DNA from: Octopus vulgaris
Lineage: Eukaryota
Direction of reading: 5' to 3'
Length of the DNA: 64,000 bases
Assembly: GCA_951406725.2 (NCBI GenBank)
Contig: OX597821.1
Coordinates: forward strand, 33,542,001 to 33,606,000
The notes under the pieces are model-generated. The model saw only the letters and a program-made list of their open reading frames with translations, was not told the origin of the DNA and did not search any database. Positions within the stretch are counted from its first letter, which is position 1, and every line of letters starts with the position of its first letter. The translations under genes were made by a program, and so were the position numbers. Below, piece by piece: positions 63,022 through 64,000 of the stretch.

Positions 63022-63416
63022 GGATTTTTTCGGTTTGAATGGCAGTTTTTTCTAGCGGTGTCATATGAAATTGTCACCCATAATTATGACCCTAGTATCG
63101 ATCTGTTGCATTTCAATCTGTTTTAGGGTTAGGGTTAGGGGTGGGGGGAAGGGTATCTTTTTTCTTCACATATGTAAATAAACCCAATCTGTTTCTTAAA
63201 CGAGGGCACAGAATGCTCTTTTTACCTCAATAGACGTCAGTGATTGGTTGAAATTGCAGAAAAACAACAACAAATATCTTACAAACTATAGAATTTTCTC
63301 AATAAAGCCAAGAGAAAAAGATGTTTTCTAAACACATTCTACCAGTATATGAAGTTTAAAATTTTTTAGTTATCTAGAAATTATGTTAAAAACTGCCGTT
63401 CAAACCGAAAAGATCC
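63022..63416. mobile_element. GG-TIR MITE (partial copies 60959-61134, 61622-61704)
   Basis: Both TIRs; TSD catgactg / cacgactg; ttagggttagggttaggg inside. Confidence 0.9.
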
Positions 63417-64000
63417 CACGACTGGAACACCTTTGGGTAATTGGTGTACTCATTCAGGGTTAATTTGAGGCTCACACGTTTCGTATATGTCCTTTTCTGT
63501 ATTGCTTCATAGTGGATACAAACCAATATTTGTTTCTTAGAAATGTAAATGATTTTCTGGGAAAAGACATAAAACATATCTTTACAGCCATAAGTGGACA
63601 AGTGGAAATTGTGACCATCAGAACATGATAGAATAATGAACGGGGGGGGGGCATTCCAAGAATATACCCTTTCTTTAAAATTACAACATTAGTTGCTGCA
63701 ACATTCTACTGGCATTGCCTATGTACTTGAAGTCCAACATAAGACATTTTTGCTCTCGACCATTGAAACGGCTTGTCAATTTATTAAAGACAATTAACTT
63801 CAAGAAAAAAAATTTCCTCTCTACTCTATTCCTCTTACGTATCTCCTCATCCTTCTTCCCTTTTTTTTATCGCACGCCCTCTCTTATCTACACACACACA
63901 CACATACACTTTCTCTATATTTCGTTATATTTATTTCATTCAGACCTCTTTTTTCTTTTGTTCTCCAACATTTTTGTGTCTTTCCTTTCCCTCGCTTTAC

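Noticed and set aside
63386-63654. Short minus-strand ORFs near the window end
   Set aside because: No recognisable motif; one runs into a MITE TIR

Overview
Repeat-dense, AT-rich animal DNA. The SINE, RTE and Dong repertoire and the (TA)n/(CA)n load point to a coleoid cephalopod, probably Octopus (inference). I recognise no intact host gene; almost all listed ORFs are microsatellite or SINE artefacts. The window is a nested mosaic of three tRNA-type SINE families, a 5'-truncated RTE LINE with a C4HC3 (PHD-like) finger after its YADD plus many RTE 3' tails, R4/Dong and CR1 relics, a Penelope GIY-YIG relic, a full-length decayed DD34E Tc1, Helitrons, TTAA and hAT MITEs, a TTAGGG-carrying GG-TIR MITE with 8-bp TSDs and an ~800-bp fold-back form, and a U6 pseudogene abutting a SINE. 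The most interesting signal is eight small type-I hammerhead-ribozyme-like motifs in about six Penelope-style repeat contexts. One has an intact core (28749-28783), one has a reciprocal C3G/G8C core swap (17940-17990, minus), one family has U at position 6, and one appears to sit downstream of a Pol III B box. All calls were read by eye; repeat boundaries are approximate unless a TSD or TIR is quoted.
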